Shown here: positions 26,634 through 35,001 of the stretch, piece by piece | Layout of the letters: each line of letters begins with the position of its first letter | How positions within the stretch are numbered: the stretch's first letter is position 1 | Position numbers and translations under genes: made by a program | NCBI GenBank assembly: GCA_029979265.1 | Contig: JAPOHW010000002.1 | Span: 24,552 to 88,551, forward strand | Origin: Actinomycetota bacterium | Lineage (GTDB): Bacteria; Actinomycetota; Acidimicrobiia; Acidimicrobiales; Aldehydirespiratoraceae | Direction of reading: 5' to 3' | Length of the DNA stretch: 64,000 nucleotides | Notes under the pieces: model-generated | The model's database searches: none | What the model was told of the DNA's origin: nothing | What the model saw: the letters and a program-made list of their open reading frames with translations, nothing else

Positions 26634-27176
26634 ATGACTCGGCCTGCGGTCGGTGAGCGTGCGCCCGAACTCATCCTTCGCCGGGCCAACGGAGATCGGT
26701 GGCGGTCTGCTGATCACCGCGGCCGCACGCTCCTGCTCATCTTCCACCGCCACATCCATTGACTGCCCTGCGCAGCTCACGCCGCCGCCGTGCGCGATCG
26801 GCTCGACGAGTTCGCTCCGAACACCGACGTCGTGGTGGTGACGTTCACCGATCCCGAACGGCTCTGCGACTACCTCGGCCGCAACGATCTCCCGTTTCCG
26901 GTCGTGATCGATCCGGATCGCGCTGCCTATCGGGCATTCGGACTCGGCCGAGCACCGATCGTGCGGGCCTGGGGGTTCCGGGCGGCGCTGGCGTATCTTC
27001 GACTCTTCGTCCGGGGTCGATGGCGTGATCTCCGCCGACCCACGGAAGACACCTTGCAGTTGGGTGGCGACTTCGTCATCGGTCCCGATGGAACGCTCGT
27101 CTACGGATTCTGGTCCAGGGGCCCCGACGATCGCCCCCGCATCGATGAACTGATCGCTGCGAGTGGACCGGGCTGA
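26634..27176 (+). CDS. Peroxiredoxin-like (AhpC/TSA_2, PRXL2-type) thioredoxin-fold protein with an in-frame TGA at the first redox position (U-L-P-C): candidate selenoprotein, or a TGA-disrupted pseudogene
   Basis: ATG 26634 and the 26790-27176 track ORF share one frame (difference 156 nt), interrupted only by TGA 26760-26762. Translation: 'MTRPAVGERAPELILRRANGDRWRSADHRGRTLLLIFHRHIH[TGA]LPCAAHAAAVRDRLDEFAPNTDVVVVTF...LQLGGDFVIGPDGTLVY'. Confidence 0.55.
26769..26796 (+). other. Possible SECIS-like stem-loop 7-34 nt downstream of the in-frame TGA
   Basis: UGCGCA (26769-26774) can pair with UGCGCG (26791-26796): 5 Watson-Crick pairs plus 1 G-U, enclosing a 16-nt G-containing loop. Folded by hand only. 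Confidence 0.25.
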
Positions 27177-27189
27177 CTACGGTCGGGGC

Positions 27190-27837
27190 ATGGCATCCTT
27201 CGAGCACACGATCACTGAGGTAGCCGGCCTGCGCGACCATTACCGGGATCCCAGCGAGTTGGTGCAGAACAAGGCAACCGACCACCTCGATGTCGGGTGT
27301 CGCGAGTTCATCGATCGCAGCACCTTCGTCCTCATCGCCACGAGCAGTGCAGCCGGCGACGAAGACGTGTCACCCAAAGGGGGGCATCCGGGCTTCGTCA
27401 ACGTTCTCGACGATCAGCGACTCGTCATCCCCGACCTCAACGGAAACAACCGACTCGACTCGTTGCAGAACATCGTCGAGAACGGCCGAGTGGGCCTCCT
27501 CTTCCTGATTCCGGGCGTTGGTGAGATGCTCCGAGTGAACGGCTCCGCCTGTGTAACCGTCGACCCCGAGATCCTCGACAGCTTCACCGCCGAGTACCGG
27601 CGGCCGACCAGCGCAATCGGTGTCACGATCGACGAGGCCTACATCCACTGTGCCAAAGCGATCCGGCGCGGCGTGCTGTGGACTCCCGACGAGTGGCCCA
27701 CCGAGGCCAGCCATCCCGAGGTGAGCAAGATCCTCATCGACCATGCGGGGTTAGGCGGGCACATCACCGCCGACGACATGGCTGCGGGCCTCGAGGAGTC
27801 GTACCGCACCGACCTCGAGGCTGATCGGCCGAGCTGA
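27190..27837 (+). CDS. Pyridoxamine 5'-phosphate oxidase (PPOX)-type FMN-binding flavoprotein
   Basis: 'STFVLIATSSAAGDEDVSPKGGHPGFVNVLDDQRLVIPDLNGNNRLDSLQNI...LLFLIPGVGEMLRVNG' matches the PPOX-like split-barrel pattern. Confidence 0.75.
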   Translation: MASFEHTITEVAGLRDHYRDPSELVQNKATDHLDVGCREFIDRSTFVLIATSSAAGDEDVSPKGGHPGFVNVLDDQRLVIPDLNGNNRLDSLQNIVENGRVGLLFLIPGVGEMLRVNGSACVTVDPEILDSFTAEYRRPTSAIGVTIDEAYIHCAKAIRRGVLWTPDEWPTEASHPEVSKILIDHAGLGGHITADDMAAGLEESYRTDLEADRPS

Positions 27838-27838
27838 G

Positions 27839-29443
27839 CTACAGCTCGTTCCACTCCCCCGCTTCCCACTGCTCACGCAGCTTGAACTTCTGGATCTTTC
27901 CCGAACCGGTCAAGGGGAACTCGTCGACGGCGAACCACTGCTTCGGCGTCTTGTGCGGGGCGAGATGCTCGCGCATGAAGGCGAAGAGCTCGTTCTTGTC
28001 CACTGCGTGACCCGGCGCAGCGCGAACGAAGGCGCCCACGGTCTCCCCCCACTTCTCGTCGGGGAGACCGACGACCGCCACCTCGCCCACGGCCTCGTGG
28101 GAGAACAGCAGCTCCTCGAGCTCTTTCGGATAGATGTTCTCCCCACCACGAATGATCATGTCCTTGAGACGCCCCTCGATGGTGCAGTACCCGCGCTCGT
28201 CCATCGCTGCGAGATCTCCGGTGTGCAGCCAACCGTCGGGATCGATCGTCTCGGCCGTCCGCTCGGGCATCAGGTAATAGCCGTGCATGACCTGGTAGCC
28301 GCGGGTCACCAGCTCTCCGGTCTCGCCGACCGGGAGGGTCTCTCCCGTTTCGGGATCGACGATGCGGATCTCCATACACGGCATCGGTGCTCCGATCGTG
28401 AGGGCCTTGTCCTCGATGGTGTCGTCGGGTCGGGTCATGTTGAGCACCGGCGAGCACTCGGTCTGGCCATAGACGATCGTGAACGGGGCGCCGAGCTCTC
28501 GTTCGAGCGTGCGCACCAGCTGCTCGGGAACGAGCGAACCCCCCGAACAGATCGCCATCAGCGTCGACAGGTCGGTCTCGGCGAAGTTCGGATGCTCCAT
28601 CAACGCAATGAGCATCGTGGGAACCCCCATCATCCCGTGCGCGCCATAGGTCTCGGTCAACTCGAGCACGAGCCCCGGCTCGAACGCAGGCACGAGAACC
28701 TGCGTGCAGGCCATCGAGATCGACCCGAGCACCGACATCGCGCTTCCCGCGGTGTGGAACAGGGGCATCTGCGTGATGATGACGCTGCCCTCGTGCATCC
28801 CGAGACGGTCGAAGTAGTGATTGGCGTTGGTGACGAGACCTCGATGATGCAGTGCCGCACCCTTGGGGAACCCGGTGGTGCCGGACGTGTACTGGATCAT
28901 CACCTGATCGCCAGGGGCAACGGCAGGGAGCTGGGCGGAGGGGTCACCCGATGCCAAGAAGTCGTCCCATTGACTGAACCTGATGATCTCTTCGAGATCG
29001 GGGCACTGTGGGTGGACCTGCTCGGCGATGGACAGCATCGGGTTCCCACGGTGGTCGTCGACCACGAAGAGACCCTTCGAATTCGACTGACTCACCACGT
29101 ACTGGAGTTCGTTGGCCTGGTACGCAGGATTGACGGTCACGATGGTCATACCCGCGAGGGCACAGCCCAACTCGACGAGCACCCATTCAGGGATGTTGTG
29201 GGCCCAGACCGCCACGTGATCACCCGGCGAGAATCGGGCGAGCAATGCCTGCGCAGTTCGTTCCGCATCGGCCAGCAGCTCGGCGTACGTCCATTCGCGC
29301 CGACCGGCAGGATCATCGATGCCCTCGATCACCGCGATCCGGTCACCGGCGCGAGCGGCGGCGGCACGGAGCAAATCGCCGATGGTGGTGTCGAGAACCG
29401 AGGGATCCTCGACCCCGAACGCATGTGATTCCGTCAGAGTCAT
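27839..29443 (-). CDS. AMP-dependent acyl-CoA synthetase/ligase
   Basis: 'YTSGTTGFPKGA', 'WLHTGDLA' and 'GSGKIQKF'. Start at 'MTLTESH'. Confidence 0.85.
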   Translation of the reverse strand: MTLTESHAFGVEDPSVLDTTIGDLLRAAAARAGDRIAVIEGIDDPAGRREWTYAELLADAERTAQALLARFSPGDHVAVWAHNIPEWVLVELGCALAGMTIVTVNPAYQANELQYVVSQSNSKGLFVVDDHRGNPMLSIAEQVHPQCPDLEEIIRFSQWDDFLASGDPSAQLPAVAPGDQVMIQYTSGTTGFPKGAALHHRGLVTNANHYFDRLGMHEGSVIITQMPLFHTAGSAMSVLGSISMACTQVLVPAFEPGLVLELTETYGAHGMMGVPTMLIALMEHPNFAETDLSTLMAICSGGSLVPEQLVRTLERELGAPFTIVYGQTECSPVLNMTRPDDTIEDKALTIGAPMPCMEIRIVDPETGETLPVGETGELVTRGYQVMHGYYLMPERTAETIDPDGWLHTGDLAAMDERGYCTIEGRLKDMIIRGGENIYPKELEELLFSHEAVGEVAVVGLPDEKWGETVGAFVRAAPGHAVDKNELFAFMREHLAPHKTPKQWFAVDEFPLTGSGKIQKFKLREQWEAGEWNEL

Positions 29444-29508
29444 GCCTGCAAGCTTCCGCGGAACCCGACCAGCGGTCAAGACGCATCCGAGATGCAAAAC
29501 TCCGTCAC

Positions 29509-30465
29509 ATGTCTCGATACGACGACCTCATCGCCGATGCGCGACTCGACCGCCCGATCCTGATCGACGGCGGCACCGGTTCGGAGTGCCTCCGGCGCGG
29601 CGTACCCGAGTCGCACAACGGCTGGAGCGGCGCAGCGGCGCTCACCCACCCCGACATCGTCGCTGCGATTCACACCGATTATCTCGCACTCGGGGCGCAG
29701 GTCATCACTGCCAACACGTTCGCAACGGGGGCCAACATCATGCGCGACATCGGCGCCCCCGAGCACTTCGACGAGGTCAACCGACGAGCCGTCGAGATTG
29801 CGATCGACATGCGAGAACGCGCCGGCGCCTCCACCGCCCGGGTTATCGTCGCCGCGGGTATCAGCAACTGGAGCTTCTCGGGAAACCGGCCGGACCTGGT
29901 CACCCTGCGCCACGACACGGCAACGCAGGCAGCGATCATGCGCGATGCCGGCGCCGAATTGTTGATCCTCGAGATGATGGTCGACATTCCCCGAATGACA
30001 GCCACCCTCGAAGGAGCATCCAGGGCAGAACTTCCGATCTGGGTCGGCTTCTCACTCGGACCGGAGGAAGGCTGTGAGGCCGACGAGATCGGTAATCCGA
30101 TCGAACTTCGTGAAGGGGGACGGCTCACCGACGCCGTCGCTGTCGCCGCTGCGAACCCGGCAGTCGATGCCATGGTCATCATGCACTCCGACGTACGGGT
30201 CGCCGAACGCGGGGCCCAGGCACTGCGACGAGCGTGGTCGGGGCCGATCGGCGTGTGGGCTCACGCCTCAGCCCTGATCGACGGCCGCATCGTGCATGAC
30301 GGCATCATCACACCCCGTGACTACGCCTCGTATGTGCCGGCCTGGATGGCAGCCGGCGCCACGATGATCGGTGGTTGCTGTGGGATCGGCCCCTCCCACA
30401 TCGCCGAGATCGCACCACTCGTGAACCGGGCCGACGAAGGGCGCGAGACTCCTGACCATGGCTGA
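29509..30465 (+). CDS. Homocysteine S-methyltransferase family protein
   Basis: 'ILIDGGTGSEC', 'ITANTF' and C-terminal Zn-site 'GGCCGIGPSH'. Confidence 0.8.
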   Translation: MSRYDDLIADARLDRPILIDGGTGSECLRRGVPESHNGWSGAAALTHPDIVAAIHTDYLALGAQVITANTFATGANIMRDIGAPEHFDEVNRRAVEIAIDMRERAGASTARVIVAAGISNWSFSGNRPDLVTLRHDTATQAAIMRDAGAELLILEMMVDIPRMTATLEGASRAELPIWVGFSLGPEEGCEADEIGNPIELREGGRLTDAVAVAAANPAVDAMVIMHSDVRVAERGAQALRRAWSGPIGVWAHASALIDGRIVHDGIITPRDYASYVPAWMAAGATMIGGCCGIGPSHIAEIAPLVNRADEGRETPDHG

Positions 30466-31330
30466 CCCCGTCCTGTACGAAGAACGTGACGACATCGCGA
30501 TCATCACCCTCAACCGGCCCGAGAAGAAGAACACGCTCACCGATGCACTCGTGCAGGGAGTTGCGGACGGTGTCGACACAGCCACAAAATCTCCCGACGT
30601 GGCCGCCATCGTCCTGCGAGGCGCCGACGGCACACTCACGGCTGGGTACGACCTCACTCCCGACTCCGATGCGATCGACTCGGGATGGTCCACACCGTAC
30701 GGCGCCAAGGGCCCGCGTCCCCGCGCCGGCGCATGGGACCCGGTCAGGGACTACCAGTTCATGGGCAACAACGTTCGACGGTTCATGAAGATCTGGGAGT
30801 GCCCCAAGCCGGTGATCGGACAGATCGAGGGGTGGGCAATCGGGGGTGCCACCGACATGATCCTGTGTGCCGACCTGCTCTACATGGCGACCGATGCGCA
30901 CCTCGGGTATGCCCCGAGCCGGATCTACGGCACGCCGACCACGATGATGTGGGTGTACCGACTCGGTCTCGAGCATGCGAAGCAGTACCTGCTCACCGGT
31001 CGCGCCATCGACGCGACCGAAGCACATCGCATCGGACTCGTCTCCCACGTCGTCGATCCCGCCGACATTGCCGACGTGGTCGAGGCCGAAGCTCGTCGCT
31101 TCGCCAACATCCCTGCGAACCAGCTCGCCCTCAACAAGCTCCTCATCAATCAGGCCTTCGAGAACATGGGACTTCGCACGAGCCAGATGCTGGGCACCTT
31201 CTTCGACGGGATGACACGCCACACCGAGGAGGCATACCGGTGGGTCGAAGCGTTTTCGGAGAAAGGCTTTCGCAACGTTGTGCGCGAACGCGACGATCCC
31301 TGGGAGGACTACGGCAGCGCGCCCAGCTGA
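30458..31330 (+). CDS. Enoyl-CoA hydratase/crotonase family protein
   Basis: 'IAIITLNRPEKKNT' and 'IEGWAIGGATDM'. 8-nt overlap with the upstream gene. Confidence 0.8.
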   Translation: MADPVLYEERDDIAIITLNRPEKKNTLTDALVQGVADGVDTATKSPDVAAIVLRGADGTLTAGYDLTPDSDAIDSGWSTPYGAKGPRPRAGAWDPVRDYQFMGNNVRRFMKIWECPKPVIGQIEGWAIGGATDMILCADLLYMATDAHLGYAPSRIYGTPTTMMWVYRLGLEHAKQYLLTGRAIDATEAHRIGLVSHVVDPADIADVVEAEARRFANIPANQLALNKLLINQAFENMGLRTSQMLGTFFDGMTRHTEEAYRWVEAFSEKGFRNVVRERDDPWEDYGSAPS

Positions 31331-31378
31331 TTCGCGCCATCGGATCAACCCGGGGTCGCTGATTGCCGGCCTTGCGGT

Positions 31379-33676
31379 CTAGGCCTTGCTCCACTGGGGA
31401 CGCGGAGTCCACACCTGCGACGCAGGATCGGTGCGGAGCTCCACCACCCGAATGTCACCGGTGAAGGCGAATGCTCCCCGATAGTGCTCGTACGCCACCG
31501 GCGTCCCCCAGCTGCGCCCGACGCAGAAACCCTCCTGCACCATCGAGTAGCCCATGGGCGTGATCCGAAACCGGTCCGACGAGTCGACCACTACGCCGTC
31601 GACGAGCAGCGTTGCCGTCCCCCAACCCTGTTCGGTGGGGTGGTACTCGACCCGCACCTCGCACTCACGTCCCACCGGGAGTGTCGGCCCCTGCAGTTCG
31701 TGCATCTCCATCTTGAGCACGTTGTGGACATAGTGCGGTCGCCCACCCTGCACGAAGAGCGACCAACCGGCGAGTTCTCCGCCCTGGCAGACCAGTAGGC
31801 CGTCATCGGCTGCGGTGTGGCGGGTGATGAACGCCGTGAGCGCGTGCTCGCAGTTCAGGATGCGGGGAAGCGACGGGTTCGGGATCGGCCTCGTGCCCGG
31901 GTAGTAGCGGTAGACGTCGCGGTCCTCGGATGCCGACGGCCGTTGCGGGTCGATGAACCGCTCACGACCACGATCGTCGAGCGGAAGGACATTGTGCGCC
32001 TCGGCTTCCCGCCACCACAGGTCGATCAGTTCCTCGAGCTTCTCGGGTTGCTCCGAGGCCAGATCGTGCGCCTGACTGTAATCCTCGACCTGGTGGTACA
32101 GCTCCCAGGGATCGTCGTTCCAGTCGGTCCCGGGTGCGTGCCACGTCACCGCCATCCACCCGTCGTGGTAGATCGCTCGACTGCCCAGCATCTCGTAGTA
32201 CTGGGTTTCCTTCACCTCCGGTGCCGCCGGATCGGCGATGGTCGCCGCGAAACTCACCCCCTCCAAGGGCTGCTGATCGACGCCGTTGACCCGGATGGGC
32301 GTCGGCAGACCTGCGACCTCGAGCAAGGTCGGAAAGATGTCGGTGACATGGTGGTACTGCGTGCGGATGGCGCCCGGATCCTCCACGCGGGCCGGCCAGT
32401 GCACGATCATCGGGTCGGTGTTCCCTCCACGGTGGGTGTCGCGCTTCCACCGCTTGAACGGCGTGTTGCCGGCCATCGACCAGCCCATCGGATAGTGCGG
32501 ATCGGTGTGGGGACCACCGAGGTCCTCGACCTGCTCCATCATCTCGGCGACGGACATGTTCATGAGGTTGCGGAATCGTTCGGTGTTCGTTGTCCCCCGG
32601 TGACCCCCCTCGGCCGACGCACCATTGTCCGAAAAGAAGAGCACCAGGGTGTCGTCGAGCACGTCGAGGTCACGCAACGCATCGACCAGCCGCCCGATCT
32701 GGGCATCGGTGTGGTCGACGAACCCGCAGTACGTCTCGTGCAGACGGGCGAACAGGTATTTCGAGTCGTCGTCGAGTTCGTCCCACTGTGCGATGCCCGG
32801 ATTTCGCTCGGGGAGCTCGCAGTCGGTGGGAACGATCCCCAGTGCCTTCTGCCGTTCGAAGATCCGGGCGCGCTCGACATCCCACCCGTGGTCGAACCGT
32901 CCCCGATATGGCTCGATGAACTCCTCTGGTGCGTGGAACGGGCAATGCGACGCACCGAAGGGCAGATAGGCGAAGAAGGGCCTGCCGCTCGCAACCTGTT
33001 GCTGGTCCCGGATCATCGCGATGAGGTTGTCGACCACATCCTCGCTCACGTGGTACGCACCGCCGTCGCGACCTTCGGTCGGCGTCGGGACGCGGTGGTT
33101 GTCGACCGTGACCATCGGATGCCATTGATCGACCTCCCCCGGCAAGAACCCGTAGAAGCGTTCGAACCCTTGCCCGAGTGGCCACCGGTCGAACGGTCCT
33201 GCTGCCGTGGACTCCGAGGTCGGCGTGAGGTGCCACTTGCCTGCGCAGTACGTGGAGTAGCCCGTCTGGCGGAGCACCTCGGCGATCGACGCCGCCGACG
33301 CGGGCAGAAACGAGTTCGACCCGGGAAAGCCGGTCGCCATCTCGGCGATGGTGGCAAACCCGACCGAGTGGTGGTTCCGGCCCGTCAACAACGCCGCCCG
33401 GGTCGGCGAGCAGAGCGCCGTGGTGTGAAAGTTCGTGTATCGCAGACCGTTCTCGGCCAGGGCGGCGATGTTCGGCGCCTCGATCGGTCCGCCGTAGCAC
33501 GACAGTTGGCCGAAGCCGAGGTCGTCCATGAGGATCACGACGATGTTGGGAGCGTTCAGCGGCGGACGCGTGGGCGGCGGCCAATCGGGGGTCGACTCGG
33601 CGTAGGTGGCCTTGATCTCTCCACCGAACGACGGCGGCGCTGGCGGAAGAATGTCGGTCGGGTGCATGTCGGCCAT
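31379..33676 (-). CDS. Arylsulfatase (formylglycine-dependent type I sulfatase), 765 aa
   Basis: 'VVILMDDLGFGQLSCYGG' and sulfatase signature 'CSPTRAALLTGRNHH'. Start taken at 'MADMHPTD'; the 1093-aa track ORF upstream of it is a Arg/Gly/Pro-rich artefact. Confidence 0.85.
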   Translation of the reverse strand: MADMHPTDILPPAPPSFGGEIKATYAESTPDWPPPTRPPLNAPNIVVILMDDLGFGQLSCYGGPIEAPNIAALAENGLRYTNFHTTALCSPTRAALLTGRNHHSVGFATIAEMATGFPGSNSFLPASAASIAEVLRQTGYSTYCAGKWHLTPTSESTAAGPFDRWPLGQGFERFYGFLPGEVDQWHPMVTVDNHRVPTPTEGRDGGAYHVSEDVVDNLIAMIRDQQQVASGRPFFAYLPFGASHCPFHAPEEFIEPYRGRFDHGWDVERARIFERQKALGIVPTDCELPERNPGIAQWDELDDDSKYLFARLHETYCGFVDHTDAQIGRLVDALRDLDVLDDTLVLFFSDNGASAEGGHRGTTNTERFRNLMNMSVAEMMEQVEDLGGPHTDPHYPMGWSMAGNTPFKRWKRDTHRGGNTDPMIVHWPARVEDPGAIRTQYHHVTDIFPTLLEVAGLPTPIRVNGVDQQPLEGVSFAATIADPAAPEVKETQYYEMLGSRAIYHDGWMAVTWHAPGTDWNDDPWELYHQVEDYSQAHDLASEQPEKLEELIDLWWREAEAHNVLPLDDRGRERFIDPQRPSASEDRDVYRYYPGTRPIPNPSLPRILNCEHALTAFITRHTAADDGLLVCQGGELAGWSLFVQGGRPHYVHNVLKMEMHELQGPTLPVGRECEVRVEYHPTEQGWGTATLLVDGVVVDSSDRFRITPMGYSMVQEGFCVGRSWGTPVAYEHYRGAFAFTGDIRVVELRTDPASQVWTPRPQWSKA

Positions 33677-33753
33677 CGGCGAAGTCTGACCGGTGCGCCT
33701 AGGTCGCGCCAGACCTCGCCGGTACCGCTCGACCTGCGGTCCCGACTGCGTGC

Positions 33754-34926
33754 TCAGGCCACCTGCGACGCTGCCGCAGCTGTTCCGGCCCGGCGGCCGG
33801 TACTCAGGCACGCCTGCATCAGATAGCCCCCGGTCGGGGCGTCCCAACCCAACATCTCGCCGACGACCCAGGTACCGGGTCGCCGGCGCAACATGCCGGT
33901 CTCGTCGACCTCGGCAGCAGCAACACCCCCAGCTGAACTGATCGCCCGATCGATCGGGGCGAGACCACGCACCGGCAGTGGTGCTGCCTTGGCGAGCGCG
34001 GCGAGGCCGTCGGCGCTGGTCGGAAGCCGGTTGTCGGTCGCTTCTCGCATGATCGCGACCGCCGCCGGTTGCAGGCCGGCACGACGCAACCACGTGCTTT
34101 GTGAGTCCTTCGCCCGACGCCGGGCGGCAAGTCGCTGCGCCAGGTCGGCCTCGGTGAGGTCGGGTTGCAGATCGATCTCGAGCGAGACCCGTTGCCGGGC
34201 GAGCGCGACACGAATGCGCGGTCCCAGTGCGTAGATCGGTCCACCCTCCAAGCCCTGGGCTGTGATGGTCGGTTCGCCCCGCACGGTCTGCCCGTCGATC
34301 GAGACGGCAACATTCTTCAACGGTGTTCCCTCGAACCGGTCGAGCAGCGCCGCCGACCACTCGACCTCGACGCCTGCGTTCGACGCGACGAGGGGATCGA
34401 CGGCGATCCCGGCCGCCACGAAGATCGCGACCCAGGAGCCGTCGCCACCGACCAGGGGCCAGGACGCACCGCCCAATGCGAGCACGGTCCGCTCGCTCGC
34501 GTCGTCGAACCCGGTCCACGGCGTGGCCGGCTCGAAGACCACACCGAGCTCCACCAGACGGCCGAGCCACGCCCGTACCAGTCCCGTTGCCCGCATCGCA
34601 GCCGGAAAGACCCGGCCAGTCGACCCGACGAAGGTGTCGGCACCAAGCTCGTCGGCCCACGTCCGAACAGCACTCGGTGGAAAGGCTCGGATCGCCGATT
34701 CGACCAGTTCACGACCGGTGCCGTAGCGACCGAGAAACTCTTCGAGTGGTTCGTCGTGGGTCAGGTTCAAGCCTGAACGACCGGCGAGCAACAGTGTCCG
34801 CCCGAACGAACGCCGCTGGTCGCGCAGCGTCACCCTCGCTCCCGCAACGGCTGCAGCCTCGGCAGCCATCAAGCCGGCCGGACCGGCACCGACCACGACC
34901 ACGTGCGGCTGCCTGCTCGATTCCAC
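33754..34926 (-). CDS. HI0933/BaiN-like NAD(P)/FAD-dependent flavoprotein
   Basis: 'VVVVGAGPAGLMAAEAAA' and 'GRTLLLAGRSGLNLTH', with size typical of this family. Confidence 0.7.
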   Translation of the reverse strand: MESSRQPHVVVVGAGPAGLMAAEAAAVAGARVTLRDQRRSFGRTLLLAGRSGLNLTHDEPLEEFLGRYGTGRELVESAIRAFPPSAVRTWADELGADTFVGSTGRVFPAAMRATGLVRAWLGRLVELGVVFEPATPWTGFDDASERTVLALGGASWPLVGGDGSWVAIFVAAGIAVDPLVASNAGVEVEWSAALLDRFEGTPLKNVAVSIDGQTVRGEPTITAQGLEGGPIYALGPRIRVALARQRVSLEIDLQPDLTEADLAQRLAARRRAKDSQSTWLRRAGLQPAAVAIMREATDNRLPTSADGLAALAKAAPLPVRGLAPIDRAISSAGGVAAAEVDETGMLRRRPGTWVVGEMLGWDAPTGGYLMQACLSTGRRAGTAAAASQVA

Positions 34927-35001
34927 CGCGGCACCCTAGGCCTCGAGCGTGGTGGGCAGTCGTCTCGGACCCGACGACCTTGCCCGCTACGGTGGGCGGC
35001 C

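Noticed and set aside
26790-27176. Treating GTG 26790 as the true start of the peroxiredoxin-like gene (128 aa), with the TGA as an ordinary upstream stop
   Set aside because: That start would delete the first beta strand and the whole C/UxxC redox centre, which the same frame encodes just upstream. This reading is kept only as the 'pseudogene or truncated' alternative in the finding.
29483-29495. GCATC-CGA-GATGC inverted repeat between the acyl-CoA ligase and the homocysteine methyltransferase
   Set aside because: A 5-bp stem only, at chance level for this composition.
31817-33826. 669-aa plus-strand ORF
   Set aside because: Antisense shadow of the arylsulfatase gene, which has a clear sulfatase signature on the minus strand.
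33677-34660. N-terminal extension of the arylsulfatase ORF to 1093 aa
   Set aside because: The extension is an Arg/Gly/Pro-rich frame overlapping the well-supported flavoprotein gene (33754-34926). Sulfatase homology begins at 'MADMHPTD' (ATG 33676).
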